Below, piece by piece: positions 50,301 through 62,300 of a DNA stretch of 64,000 bases. How positions within the stretch are numbered: position 1 is the first letter of the stretch; each line of letters starts with the position of its first letter. The notes under the pieces were generated by a model. That model did no database searches. It saw only the letters and a list, made by a program, of their open reading frames with translations, and was not told where the DNA came from. Both the position numbers and the translations under genes were made by a program. The stretch lies in assembly GCF_036971445.1 (NCBI RefSeq), contig NC_091478.1:95728001-95792000 (forward strand), written 5' to 3'. This DNA comes from Narcine bancroftii (lineage: Eukaryota).

Positions 50301-53300
50301 CCAGGATGATGGGGGTCTTTTCTGATGTTGGCTGTCTTCTTGAGGCAGTGCCTCTCATAGATAGCTGTAAAGGATGGGAGGTTAGAGATGGTCCTGGCTC
50401 ATTCTACTACTTTCTGCAGCCTTTTTGTGTTCCTGGGCAGCCAAATTCCCAAAGTGGGTTGTGATGCAACCATTCAGAATACTTTCCACAGGGCACCTGG
50501 AGAAGTTTGATAGAGTATTCAACAACATGTCAAATATTTGACTTAGAACCATGCCTTCTTCATGGTGTTGGCTCCAAATATGTGAATCCCAGTGAAGGTA
50601 CGAACCCTCTCCACCTCCGTCCCAACAATGCGGATATGTGTGGGTCCCTCAGCCTGCCCCTTCTAAAATTAACAATAAGCTCCATGGTCTTGGTGGTGAT
50701 GAGAGCAAAATTGTTGTTCTGGCACCACCCAACCAGGTTTTCGATCTCCATCCTGTGTTCTGTCTCATCATTTCCAGTTATTCGGCCAACAACAGTGGAG
50801 TCATCAGTGAATTTGTAGATTGTGTTGGAGTGCCTGATCCATCCTTATTTCAGATTAATTGTCAAAGTTACATACATGACATCACATACGACCCTGAGAT
50901 TCTTTTTCCTGCGAGTGAGGCAGAATTACCATTTATTGGTAGTGGAAAAAAATCTCTACGATGTATACACATTGTGATAGTACAGATTCTATCACCAATG
51001 TGTATATGTACATATGTACAGATGGTAGTGTAGGATGACTGTGATTGGGTGAGAGTGAAGTCACACCTACTGGCAGATCTTAAAGGATTGCTCCTAGCCA
51101 GACCAGGTCATTCTGGACTGGTCGACCTACTTGTGATATGCTCCAGTCTTTTAGTTAATAAAAACCTTGGTTTGAATCAACAAATCTTTGGTTCTTTCGA
51201 CGTGCATCACATACATGTAAACAAATAATGAATTATAAACAGATAACGAATGTAAACAAACTGTGCAATGCAGAGAAAATTTAAAAAATCAATAAATTGC
51301 ACAAGTAAGAGTCCTTAAATGAGTCCTTGATTGAGTTTATTGTTGAGGACTCTGATGGTGATGGGGTAGCAGCTGCTCTTGAACCTGATGGTTGAACCTC
51401 TTTCCTGATGACAGTAGCGAGAATAGAGTGTGTGCTGGGTGCTGTGGATCTTTGATGATTGCTGCTGCTCTCTGACAGCAGTGTTCCATATAGATGTTCT
51501 TGACAGTGGGGAGGGTTTTGCCTGTTATGTCCTGGGCTGTGTCCATTACTTTTTGGAGGGCTTTACACTCAGGGAATTAGTGTTCCCATACCAGACCGTG
51601 ATGTAGCTGGTCAGCACACTTTCCACCACACACCTGTAGAAATTTGCCAGGATTTCCGATGTCATACCAAACCTGTGCAAATTCCTGAGGAAGTAGAGAC
51701 ACTGACGTGCTTTCTTCACGATGCCATTAGTGTGTTGGGCCCAGGAAAGGTCCTATGAGATAGTGACTCCCAAGAACTTACATTTGCTTACCCTCTCCAC
51801 CTCTGATCCCCCAATAATCACTGGATTGTATATCTCTGACTTTCCCTTCCTGAAGTCAACAATCAGGTCCTTAGTTTTGGTGACATTGAGTGCAAGGTTG
51901 TGGTTGGCGCTCCATTCAGCCAAGTGTTCAATCTCCCTCCTGTAAGCTGACTCATCACCTTTCTTTATACATCTACTACCATGGTATTGTCGGCAAATTT
52001 GTAGATGGTATTATTGTTGTAACAGGCCACACAGTTGTAGGTGTGAAGTGAATAGAGCAGGGGGCTAAAGACACAGCTCTGTGGTGTTCCGGTACTGATG
52101 TGGAAGAGATGCTCTTACCAGTCCTCACTGATTGTGGTCTGGAGATGAGGATTCAATTACATAGTGGGGTCTTGGATTTGGCTGATCAGCTTTGAGGTAC
52201 TAATGATGGTGTTAAATGCCAAATTGTAGTCGATAAAGAGCATCCTGATGAAGCCTCTGGGCTTTGAAATTGCTTTAGGAGAAGTACAAACTTCAAAACT
52301 CTTGTGCTTATTGAGTGTCCGGCTATCATTTCCTGAGAGTGAGGTAACAAGTTGTGACTCCTCTGTGTTTGATTCCAGGATCTGCTGCTTTGGACGTTCA
52401 TGCAGCTGACCAATACAAGCTGGTTGTACAAGTTAAGGACATGGGCGAGCTAAATCAAGGCAACTACGTGAAAGCACATGTTATAATCACGGTAACAGAG
52501 AACGTTTGGGTCTCCCTCAGCCCTGTCTTGGTGCACGAGAACCAAGAAGGGCCTTATCCCCTGCTTCTCTCAAAGGTAAGGCTCCTGCTGCAACACCAGG
52601 GAGTGCCCTGGTCCCTGTGCTGGTGCATGACTCTGCATGGCGACTTGCATCAGTGGAATGGAACCCAATTTTTCCTGCTCTGATTCTGGAGACCCAGAGA
52701 TCTCTGTTTTAAATGGGACATGCAGACACTTACTGTTAAATTCTTTGACCTCTCTTTTCTTAAAGCACCCTGATTCTACCTGGACAGGGTTCATCAATGA
52801 CACATGATGAGCCATCCTTTTACAGTCTCACTCCCAAATCATCGAATGATGTGTAATAAGACTAATATTGACACTAAACCATTGAAGGAGGTGATCATAG
52901 ATGTCCTCATTTGTATCTGAAACCTTTTGTTCACCCTGGCCCAATCATTCTCTTTGGTTATTAAACTCCATCGATCTTGGACCTGAGGCTTGTTTTTGTG
53001 AGGAGACTTCTAGCTCTTCCCACTGCCTGTGTGATGAAGTGTTTCTGACATCACACCCCCCCCATCCAAATGCTAAGCCTTTAAATTTAACCCCTTGCCT
53101 GGACCCTCCATTTCTCGGTTAACCTTGGTGTGGGTTCATTACCAGAATAACAAGAGGTTAGATAAAGAGGGCAGGTGGTGGCCTGCATTTCTTATCCACT
53201 TTCACATCCATGGAACATCACAACCAGGGTGAAAAGCCTTTGATGTTCCATTGCTTGTGGAAAAATAGGAGAGGTAGAAGTTGTTTATGCTGTTCACAAT

Positions 53301-56300
53301 GATGGAGGGATCAAGAGTTGGGGCATAGAATGATGCAGATTGGCAAAAGAGCCCAAACTAACATGAGTAGGGTCTTTTTTACAGAGAGCATGGGTAAGTG
53401 GTGTGCATGGCTGGCAGGAGAACGTGGGTTTAATCGAGAGGAAACAATACATGGGGCAGTGGGGAGAGGCAGAATTTTGTGCCAGTGGACTTCTTTCACA
53501 CAGTGCAAGCATGGATTTAATGGGCTGAATGGCTACAGTGACCATACTGTGATTGTGAAATGTTAGCCTTGCCACTGACATCCATACATGGTTTCAGAGA
53601 GATGTCCAGCTGGGAGATACCGCTGGGAGATCTGGTCTGAGAAGTCTGACTGGGAGATCCAGTCTGAGAGGTTTGACTGGGAGGTCTGGTCTGAGACATC
53701 AGGTGTGAAAGATAAGGTCTGAGAGGACCAGTCTGAGATATCAAGTCTAGAGATCCAGTCTAAGAGATCTGGTCTGAGAAATCCAGTCTAAGAAATCAGT
53801 TTCAAGAGATCTAATCTGATAGATCTGGTCTAGAGATTAGGTTTGAGAGATTTGGTTTGAGAGGTCTGGCTCCAGAAATTGGTTTGAAAGATCAATTTAG
53901 GAGAAATATTAGAGGATACCTTTTCACTCAGCAAGTGGTGGCAGAATGGAATGGTCTTCCAAATGAAATAGTTGCAGCAGGGTCCCTTCTGTTATTTAAG
54001 AGAAGGTTGAATGTGTACATGGATGTGAGGGGGATGGAGGGTTATGGGCAGAGAGTGGGAGGGGGGGAACTAGTGGAGTTGTTCAAGTGAACTGGCGCAG
54101 ACTTGAAGGGCCGACATGGTTATATGGTTATATGAATCCAGTTCAATAGATCTGTTTTGAGAGATCCTGTTCCAGCAATGTGGTTCCAGAGATCTGGTTT
54201 GGAGATCTGGTTCCAGTGATTATGGTTCTAGAGATCTGATTTGGAGATCCAGAATAATAGATCCGGCTGCAGGCAGGGAAGGTGTTATGATATCAGAGAA
54301 TGGACAAGTGTACCTAATGTTCATTCCAGAGACAGACCCCCCTCCTGTCGGTGCTGCGCTGATAACACGCAGCTGATTGGGATAGGCGGTGGAGTGGGAA
54401 GGTTCCAGGGACTGGATCCCCTGGAGTGGAGAGTCAGGAGAAGGAGCAGAAATTGGGGATTGGCAGTGAGGCTGAGAGAGAGCAGCAGCTGATTTCTCGG
54501 GTGATATTTTTTTACTCAAACAAAAGCAGAGGGTTACCAAGGTGGATCTAAATATAGAACAAAATTGTGGACAGAAGTTGAAACTCATTCTGGGCAGGAA
54601 ATTCAATAAAGATTTCTTTTTCTGGCCTATGTGGTGTAATGATTTTCTGGGCTCATAGACAAGCATTGATTGGAATTTCTCCTGACCGGGCAGGGACTGT
54701 CTGAAGAGGTAGAGTCTCCTTCAGCTGGCTTCATACCCTGGCATTCTATGCTTTATACACATGTTCAGCTGTCCACTTGAGGGTAAGCAACCCCTCCACC
54801 TTCTTCCGTATACTATCTATCTCACCATCTATACACAAAAATACTCTACCTCTCCAATCTCCCTCTCTCTCCATCACTCTCTCACTCCCTCTCATAATTC
54901 TTCTTTGAAATGATGCAAACCTCTCTCTCCAAAAATTAATATTACTCTCTTCCNNNNNNNNNNNNNNNNNNNNNNNNNNNNNNNNNNNNNNNNNNNNNNN
55001 NNNNNNNNNNNNNNNNNNNNNNNNNNNNNNNNNNNNNNNNNNNNNNNNNNNNNNNNNNNNNNNNNNNNNNNNNNNNNNNNNNNNNNNNNNNNNNNNNNNN
55101 NNNNNNNNNNNNNNNNNNNNNNNNNNNNNNNNNNNNNNNNNNNNNNNNNCATCCAGTCTTTATTTTCCAAATTAGGTCATTGGAGATGTTTACTGCATTT
55201 CTAAGAATGAATCCATCTAGCCTTTTCGCTTCTCCATCACCACCTTCTCAAGGAAAATTAGGGATTTATGATTAATTTTTATGAATTTATTAGTAACTAC
55301 AACTAGGCTTGGTAGTGAATTCCACATCCTGAGAGATGAATGGAAAGAATCCCCTCATGGTGAGTTTAGGGGAGACATCAGGGGCAGATTTTTTGCACAG
55401 AGAGTTGTGGGTGCTTGACAGGGGTAGTGGTGGATGCTGGTACAACAGGGACATCCAAAGACGCATGGATGTAAGAAAAATAGATGGCTATGGGAGTGAG
55501 GTAGGGAAGTGTTAGATTGTTGTGGGATACGTTTAAATAGGTTGGCACAACATTGAGGGCCAAAGGACCTGTACTGTGCTGGAATGTTCTATGTTTTACG
55601 TCCTAATGAGTGCTAACATGGTTTCATATCAACCTGTGTGGCACAGGTTCAGTGGAATTCCCCCGAAGTCCGGTACAAGCTACAGACCAGCTCCCACTTC
55701 CATGAGGGGCTCTTCACTATCGACAAGGAGGGACAGATCCAGCTGATGGAACCCCTCGACTATGAATATGGGTCAGAGGTAAGCTGCTGAATGAAGTATG
55801 CTAGGCCCTCAAGCCTGTGCTGGCTCTTTGAACAACAGTGCAAACAACCCTCTTCCCTTTCCCTCCCTACTGCCCTGTGTTCACCCTCCCACCACAACCT
55901 CCCATCCAATATCTCCAGCTAAGTATCCTTATCCTTCTGGGCACAGGGCTTTCACCATAACACCTCCCCGCGAGAGTAGACTCCAAATACTGGAGCACCC
56001 AGCTTGTCAGACAGCATCTGTAGAGAGACAAACATAGTTAATGATCTTCCATCAATTATCAGCCCTTCACATTGCCTCTGTTACTCCCTTCGCAGGCACT
56101 GTCTGACCTGATAAGTTTTTTCTAGCAGTTTTGTTTTGGAATTTTGGCATCTGTAGATCGGGCAGAATATTTTGTTCCCAGTCTCCTCAAGCCTGACACT
56201 TGTTAACAGATCACTGACATGGGAGTGGAATTACCACATCACACCATCAAAATCTTCCACCCCCACCCTGCTCTGATCCAATCTCACTGGGTGATCCACA

Positions 56301-59300
56301 TCTTGGGGAACATCTGACCTCCATACCCGACATAGGGCCCAGGCCCAAAACATTGGTTACCCTTTCCTTCCTGTGGATGTTGCATGACCATAGAGTTTCT
56401 CCAGCATTTTTGTGTATTGCATACACCTCCTCTCCAAAATGAAATGCAGGAAAAGTGCGTGGGACCAAACGTAATCACTCATTAGAAGAGCTAGCATAGC
56501 AGAGTGATCTGAGTAGCATCCTCTTTACATATGGGATCTGGATATTGCTGGTCAGGTGGGGGTGAGACATGTAGTCAATTGAAGACTAGTTCTCTGGCGA
56601 AAGGGCTTGCATGGAGCTGGTGGGGTGGGAGCAGCAGCACATAGAGCCAGCAAGCATGAAGGAATGGGTGATCTTTCCAAGTCGGAGCTGGGCGCGACCT
56701 GGAGGAGAAGCAAACTGGACCCTGACCCAAAACTGGAAAAGAGCTCAGCTAGCCAAACAGTGTCTGCAGAGAAAGAAACCAGCTGATGTTTCAGGTCAAA
56801 GACCCTTCATCAGTCAGTGGTGTCCCACTGAGTATCTGGTTAGTAGTGAAGGTGGGCTTGGGAGAGCCAGTTGAGTGAGTAAGTATTTTGTAGGCAGAGC
56901 ACACTGCAGCCACTGTGTGTGAGTGGTGGAGTGAGAGAGAGTTGGGGGTCGGGGGTCGGTGGGGGAAATGTGTTGTCTGCAAATTAGGGGAACCATGTGG
57001 ATGACCTGAAAGATTGTTAACACCCAAGGGGGCTTGCACTGTACCTGTGAGATAAACTATGTCCTCTCCTCATACAGTACTACCTGGAGATATCAGCGCT
57101 GGATTACAATGGAGATCCTTATGCTGAGCCACTGGAGCTGATAGTGAGGGTGGTGGATGAGAATGACAACGAGCCCAGGTGTTCCCCAGAGCTGTACCTG
57201 ACCATGGTGCAGGAGCACGAGCAAAAAGGTTAAACACAAAAGTCTGCAGATGCTGGGGATTGAGTGCAATACACAAAGGTGCTGGAGAAACTCAGCAGGT
57301 TACACAGCATCCTCAGGAAGTAAAGGGGATTCGACATTACGGGCCTGAACCCTTTAATGTTAAAGGCAATCTCCAGCACCTTTGTGTATTGTATGAGAAA
57401 GGAAGTGCATGGTGGATGGCTGGCTCAACGCAGGATAAACGATTAATCACTGGGCGAGGCATTGGACAAGGGGTGAAGCTTCCACAGTTTAATAAATCCG
57501 TTGAGAACTGAAACTGTGATTCCTCCCACAGTAACAGGGTAGGCCTAGCTTTAAAACCTTTCACAGTTGGATCATTCCCAGCTAGTCCACAAAATCTCCC
57601 TGAGTTGGGCATCTGGCATAGGGTGGTGAAGAAGCTGTCTGGCACAGGTGCCTCTTTAGCAACGGACCAATCCAGTCGATGAGCGAGAAAGCTACACCCA
57701 GGTCAGGGAGAAAATAAAAATAAAGCATGGACAGAGCAGAGCTGTCAGTGTGTGAATGGCTCAGTGTAGGAGTGGGAATTCGAGGTTTTTGTTCATGAGG
57801 CTTCAGTGAGCAGAGGCTGAGCAGAAGGTGCAAGAGTTGAGGCAAGTTAAGGACGGGCTGTTCTAACTTTTTTTCCTGTTTCATAGAGAGTGGGAATGGC
57901 AGCCATGACAGGGACATACAGGATGTGGATAAACAGGGAAGCCAACAGTATCCCTGTTGACTTCATCTACGAGAAGTGCATCCAACTGCAGCTCCTTACA
58001 AACTGAGTTATGCAATTGGAGCTGGAGTTGGATGAACTCCGGATCATTCAGGAAGCTGAGAGGATGATGGACAGATGTTACAGGGGCGCTATCACACCTA
58101 CGAGGCAGGAGGAAGGAAGCTGGGTGTAGGTCAGGAGAGGGAAAGGGAACATACAATCAGAGCAGGGAATCCCTGTGGCCATTCCCCTCTATAACAAGCA
58201 TACCATTTTGGATAATGTGATGGTGGGGGGGTGGGGGTGACTCTACCAAGGACAAGCTACTGTGGTCATGTCTCTGTCATGGAGTTTGGTCTTGTGGCTA
58301 AGAAGGAGAAGAGGCATGCTGTAGTGATAAGGGACTCGATATTTAAGGGGACAGATAAGTGGTTCCATGGAAGAGATCAAGAATCCTGGATGGTTTGTTG
58401 CCTCCCTGGTGCCAGGTTCCAAGATATCTCAGATCAAGTTCACAGCATTCTCAGGAAGGAGAGTGAGCAGCCAGATGTTGTGGTTCATATAGTGACCAAT
58501 GACATGGGTAGGAAGGGTGAGGAGGTCCTTCAAAGAGAGTTCAGGGAGTTAGGTCCAGGGTTGTGATTTCAGGATTGCTACCCATGCCATGTGCAAACGA
58601 GGTTAGAAATAAGAGGATAATGTACCTTAACATGTGGCTAAAGACATGGTGCAGAAGGGAGGGCTTCTGGATCACTGACATCTCTTCCAGGGAAGGTGGG
58701 ACCTGTTCTGATGGGTCAGTCTGAATTGGAAGGGAGGTAATATCCTTGTGGGAGAGGTCTTAAATTGTTTTTCATCAGTATTCACTCAGGAAAAGGAAAG
58801 TAAGCAAAACAAGCAGCGAGGTCATGGAACCTCTACAGATTAAATCTTGCTGTCTTAAAACAAATAAAGAGGGGATAAATCCCCAGGGCCTGAAAAAGTA
58901 TACCTTTGGGCCTTGAGGGAGGCTAGTGTTGAAATTACAGGGGCCCTGAAAGAAATATTTAAAATGCCCTTAGCTGCAGATGAGGTGCCAGAGGATTAGA
59001 ATGTAATTTCATGTTGTTCCATTGTTTAAAAAAAAGGCACCAAAATTACCAGGGTGAGCCTGACATCAGTAGAAGGTAAATTATTGGGTGTCCTAAGAGA
59101 TTGAATATACAAGTATTTGGATAGCCAAGGACTGATTAGGGGTCATCATCATGGCTTTGTGCGAGTTAGGTTGTGTTTAACCAATCTTACAGAGTTTTTG
59201 AGGAGGTTACCAAGAAAGCTGATGAAAGAAAGGCTGTGGATATTGTCTACATGGACTTTAGTAAGGCCTTTGACAAGGTCCCACATGGAACAATCAGGAA

Positions 59301-62300
59301 GGTTTAGACTGTGGTGCACTGAGGTAGCAGCAAGCAAGCCAAACTCAAAAGACTGTACAACAGGCTTTATTCCAGTGAAAGTCTGAACACCAGTTCATGC
59401 CCTGGTAGCTCCCCCTGTGACTGGCTCAGGAGGGGCTGGCTCAGGTTTATCTTCAGTTCGGCTGAAGCTCCTTACAAACTGAGTTATGGAATTGGAGCTG
59501 GAGTTGGAGCCAAATGGAGTCAGCCCCTTAGGTGGTCTTCCTGCAGGTACAGAGATCGTCCCCTACAGTAGACTGGTAGTTATCTCACCACAACAGGTGG
59601 GAGGGTAGAAGAGAAAGAATCTGAAAAGTGGTTTGGGCAGAGGGCTGAGAAGAGTAGCTCTCTGATAGGAATTGGAATGGAAGGGGTGGGGTGCTGGAGG
59701 AAAGGAGACAGGGAGAGGGGAGGGGTTGATATTGATGGTGTCTAGTTGGAGACTGTCAAAACAGAATTAAAGTGTTGTTCCTCCAATTTGCCCATGACCT
59801 TGATTGGCAGTACGTGAGGCCACAGACAGACAAGTCAGTGAGGCAATTGTATGTGGAATTGAAGTGGTTGGCCACTAGGTAAGTCTGTTGCAGCAGACAG
59901 ACCGAAGGTGCTCAACAAAGTGATCTCCCAGTCTGCATTCAGTCTCCCTGATGTAGAGGAGGCCACATCAGGAGCACCGGATGCATTAAATGACCCCTGC
60001 AGATTCGCAAGTGAATCTGCTTCACTGGAAAGGATCGCTTGGGGTCCCAAATAGTGATGAGGGAGGATGTGAGGGCACAAGTGTAGCACTTCCTGTGGTC
60101 ACAGGGGAAGGTGACAAGGGGGCAACTGGTGGGAAGAGATTAGTGGATGAATTTCCAGAGTGGATGAATTTCTAGAGGGAGAAGTCCCTGTAGAAAGCGA
60201 AGAGGGGCGGGGACAATATGTCTTAGGAATGATGTTGAGGTATTGCGAAGATGAGGGATGAAGAGCTTCAGTCTTGGAAAGGAACTGGAGAGGCAGGCTT
60301 TGAGGTCCTTGCTCTAGGGATGCTAAGAGAGGTTTAATAGCAGTGATCTATACCTGTATAGATAAAATAAAATTTCCAGAATGATCATGAGTCAAATGTT
60401 TCAGAGTTAAAAGTGAAAGCACTGAGGCCAGAAGAATGGATTCCCGAGGGTATTGCTGTGATCCTAGATGCACTGGAATGGGGAGAGATGGGGCTAAGTG
60501 GGCTGCTGTCTCAATGACCTAGCACCTTTCTGCTTTGTTAACCATCCCTTATCCTGTGTGTTACTCATCATTTTCCAGGTTCCTGTATTGTTGAACTGAG
60601 GGCAGAAGATCGGGATGATCCTCTGACTGAGAATGGCCATCTCTTCTTCCGACTGCACAGACAGGAGCCTCAGGGCCCCGAGGAGCCTCTGTTCACAGTG
60701 GACAGTGATGGAGTCATTACTTTAGCCAGGGATATGAGAGACTACCACTCTCTGAACTACCAGCTCTTTGTCCACGTGGCTGATCTAGGTGGAGCTGAAG
60801 GTGGTAGGTGCTCTCGAAACATTTCATACAGTCACCTGTACAGCTGGAAAAGGTAGTTCAGCCCTTTATCAATCACTAGCCCCCTTCCACCTGCCATCAC
60901 TTCTACTGGGGGCTTATCCAGTTTACCCTTTGGCCATCCAAACCCATCCCCACCATTTGGGGTAGACTGGGGAAGTGAGACTGTCCCAGGAGAGGGACCT
61001 GGGATTGGATGTCAAGTAAATCTCCCGGTTAAAGGGTTTAATAGGAGTTATGAAAAGCTGTATAGTCTGACTGAGCTTTAAGTTTTTTAATTTTTTAATT
61101 TTAAGTTAGATATTCCACACAGTAACAGGCCCTTCTGGCCAAGGAGCCTGTGCTTCCCCATTACACCCATGTGACCCACTAACCCTGTATGTCTTTCAAA
61201 TGTGGGAGGTATCCAGAGAACCTAGAGGAAACGCCCATAGACATGAGGAGAACAGAAAACGGTGGATTTGAATCCTGGTCACTCATGCTGTAAGAATGTT
61301 GTGCTAGCCACTACACTAACCATGCCATTTTGGGAGACAGGAAGATCAGAAAGAAAGGGCTTTGCTCTCCATGACTCCCCAGTCAATTGCCTGCTTTCAC
61401 TCTTGCAAAGACAAGATTTAACTTTATACACCATGGCAACATCTCTGATCCAAAATCTCACTGGATGGAATGCAGATAGCTTTGAGGACCAATATCTTGG
61501 GTATTATTGGGTTAACATTAATTGTTAATGGCATCTTAACTCCTCTCTTCCTCTGTAGAACCAGCTCTATGGAACCCTGTCCTTTCACAAGTACTCGGGG
61601 CAGGAACAGAAATAGAGTAAACTCCTCTTCCACTGTCCCACTACACATCCCAGGGTAGGAACAAGGGGTAAAGCACCTTCTGTATGGTCTCATCACAGAT
61701 CCCAGGGCACAGGCAGCATGGGTAACGTATAGAGTAAACCTCCCTCTCTACTGTTTCATCGCACAGTCCCCAGGGCAGGGTCAGGGGTGTTTAAATGTAG
61801 AGTTAAGCTCCTTTGTACTGTCCCATTACAGAGACCCAGGGCAGGGACAGGGGTTTTAGATGTAGGGTTAAGCTCTTTCTATACTGTCCCATCACACTGA
61901 TCCAGGCACTTGAAAGATTTGATTACATCATTTTGGTTACTGGGGAAAGTTGTCTGATCATCCTTTGGAGGATGGGCTCGCGGAGAGCTGTGAGAGCAGG
62001 CTCTGTCACTGAATATGAGCACTGTTGTGCCTTCATCAGACAATGGATGATGTCAAAGCATTGTGCAGATGGGCTGAATGGCCTGATTCTCTGCTGCACA
62101 GTAATCGACTACTTAATCTGCTTCTTGTGAATTGTGTTGGAGGAGGAATGTTGGCCAAATGCAGGAGGGAAAATCCCTCTGACATCAGAGAGCTGATGGG
62201 CAGTACTCCTCTGGTGATCTGCAGTCAATCTGTCCTGCAATAGGGTTGTTTCCTGGAGACAGACGTGATCCTACAATTTTGTGACCCGGGGAGAACCGAG

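Noticed and set aside
43953-55149. Missing CDH16 exons hidden in the two N gaps
   Set aside because: The flanking exons join in phase and give continuous cadherin repeats, so nothing appears to be missing.
58231-58566. Possible host esterase/lipase gene
   Set aside because: It is the SGNH-esterase ORF1 of a CR1 LINE, disrupted and followed by RT remnants.
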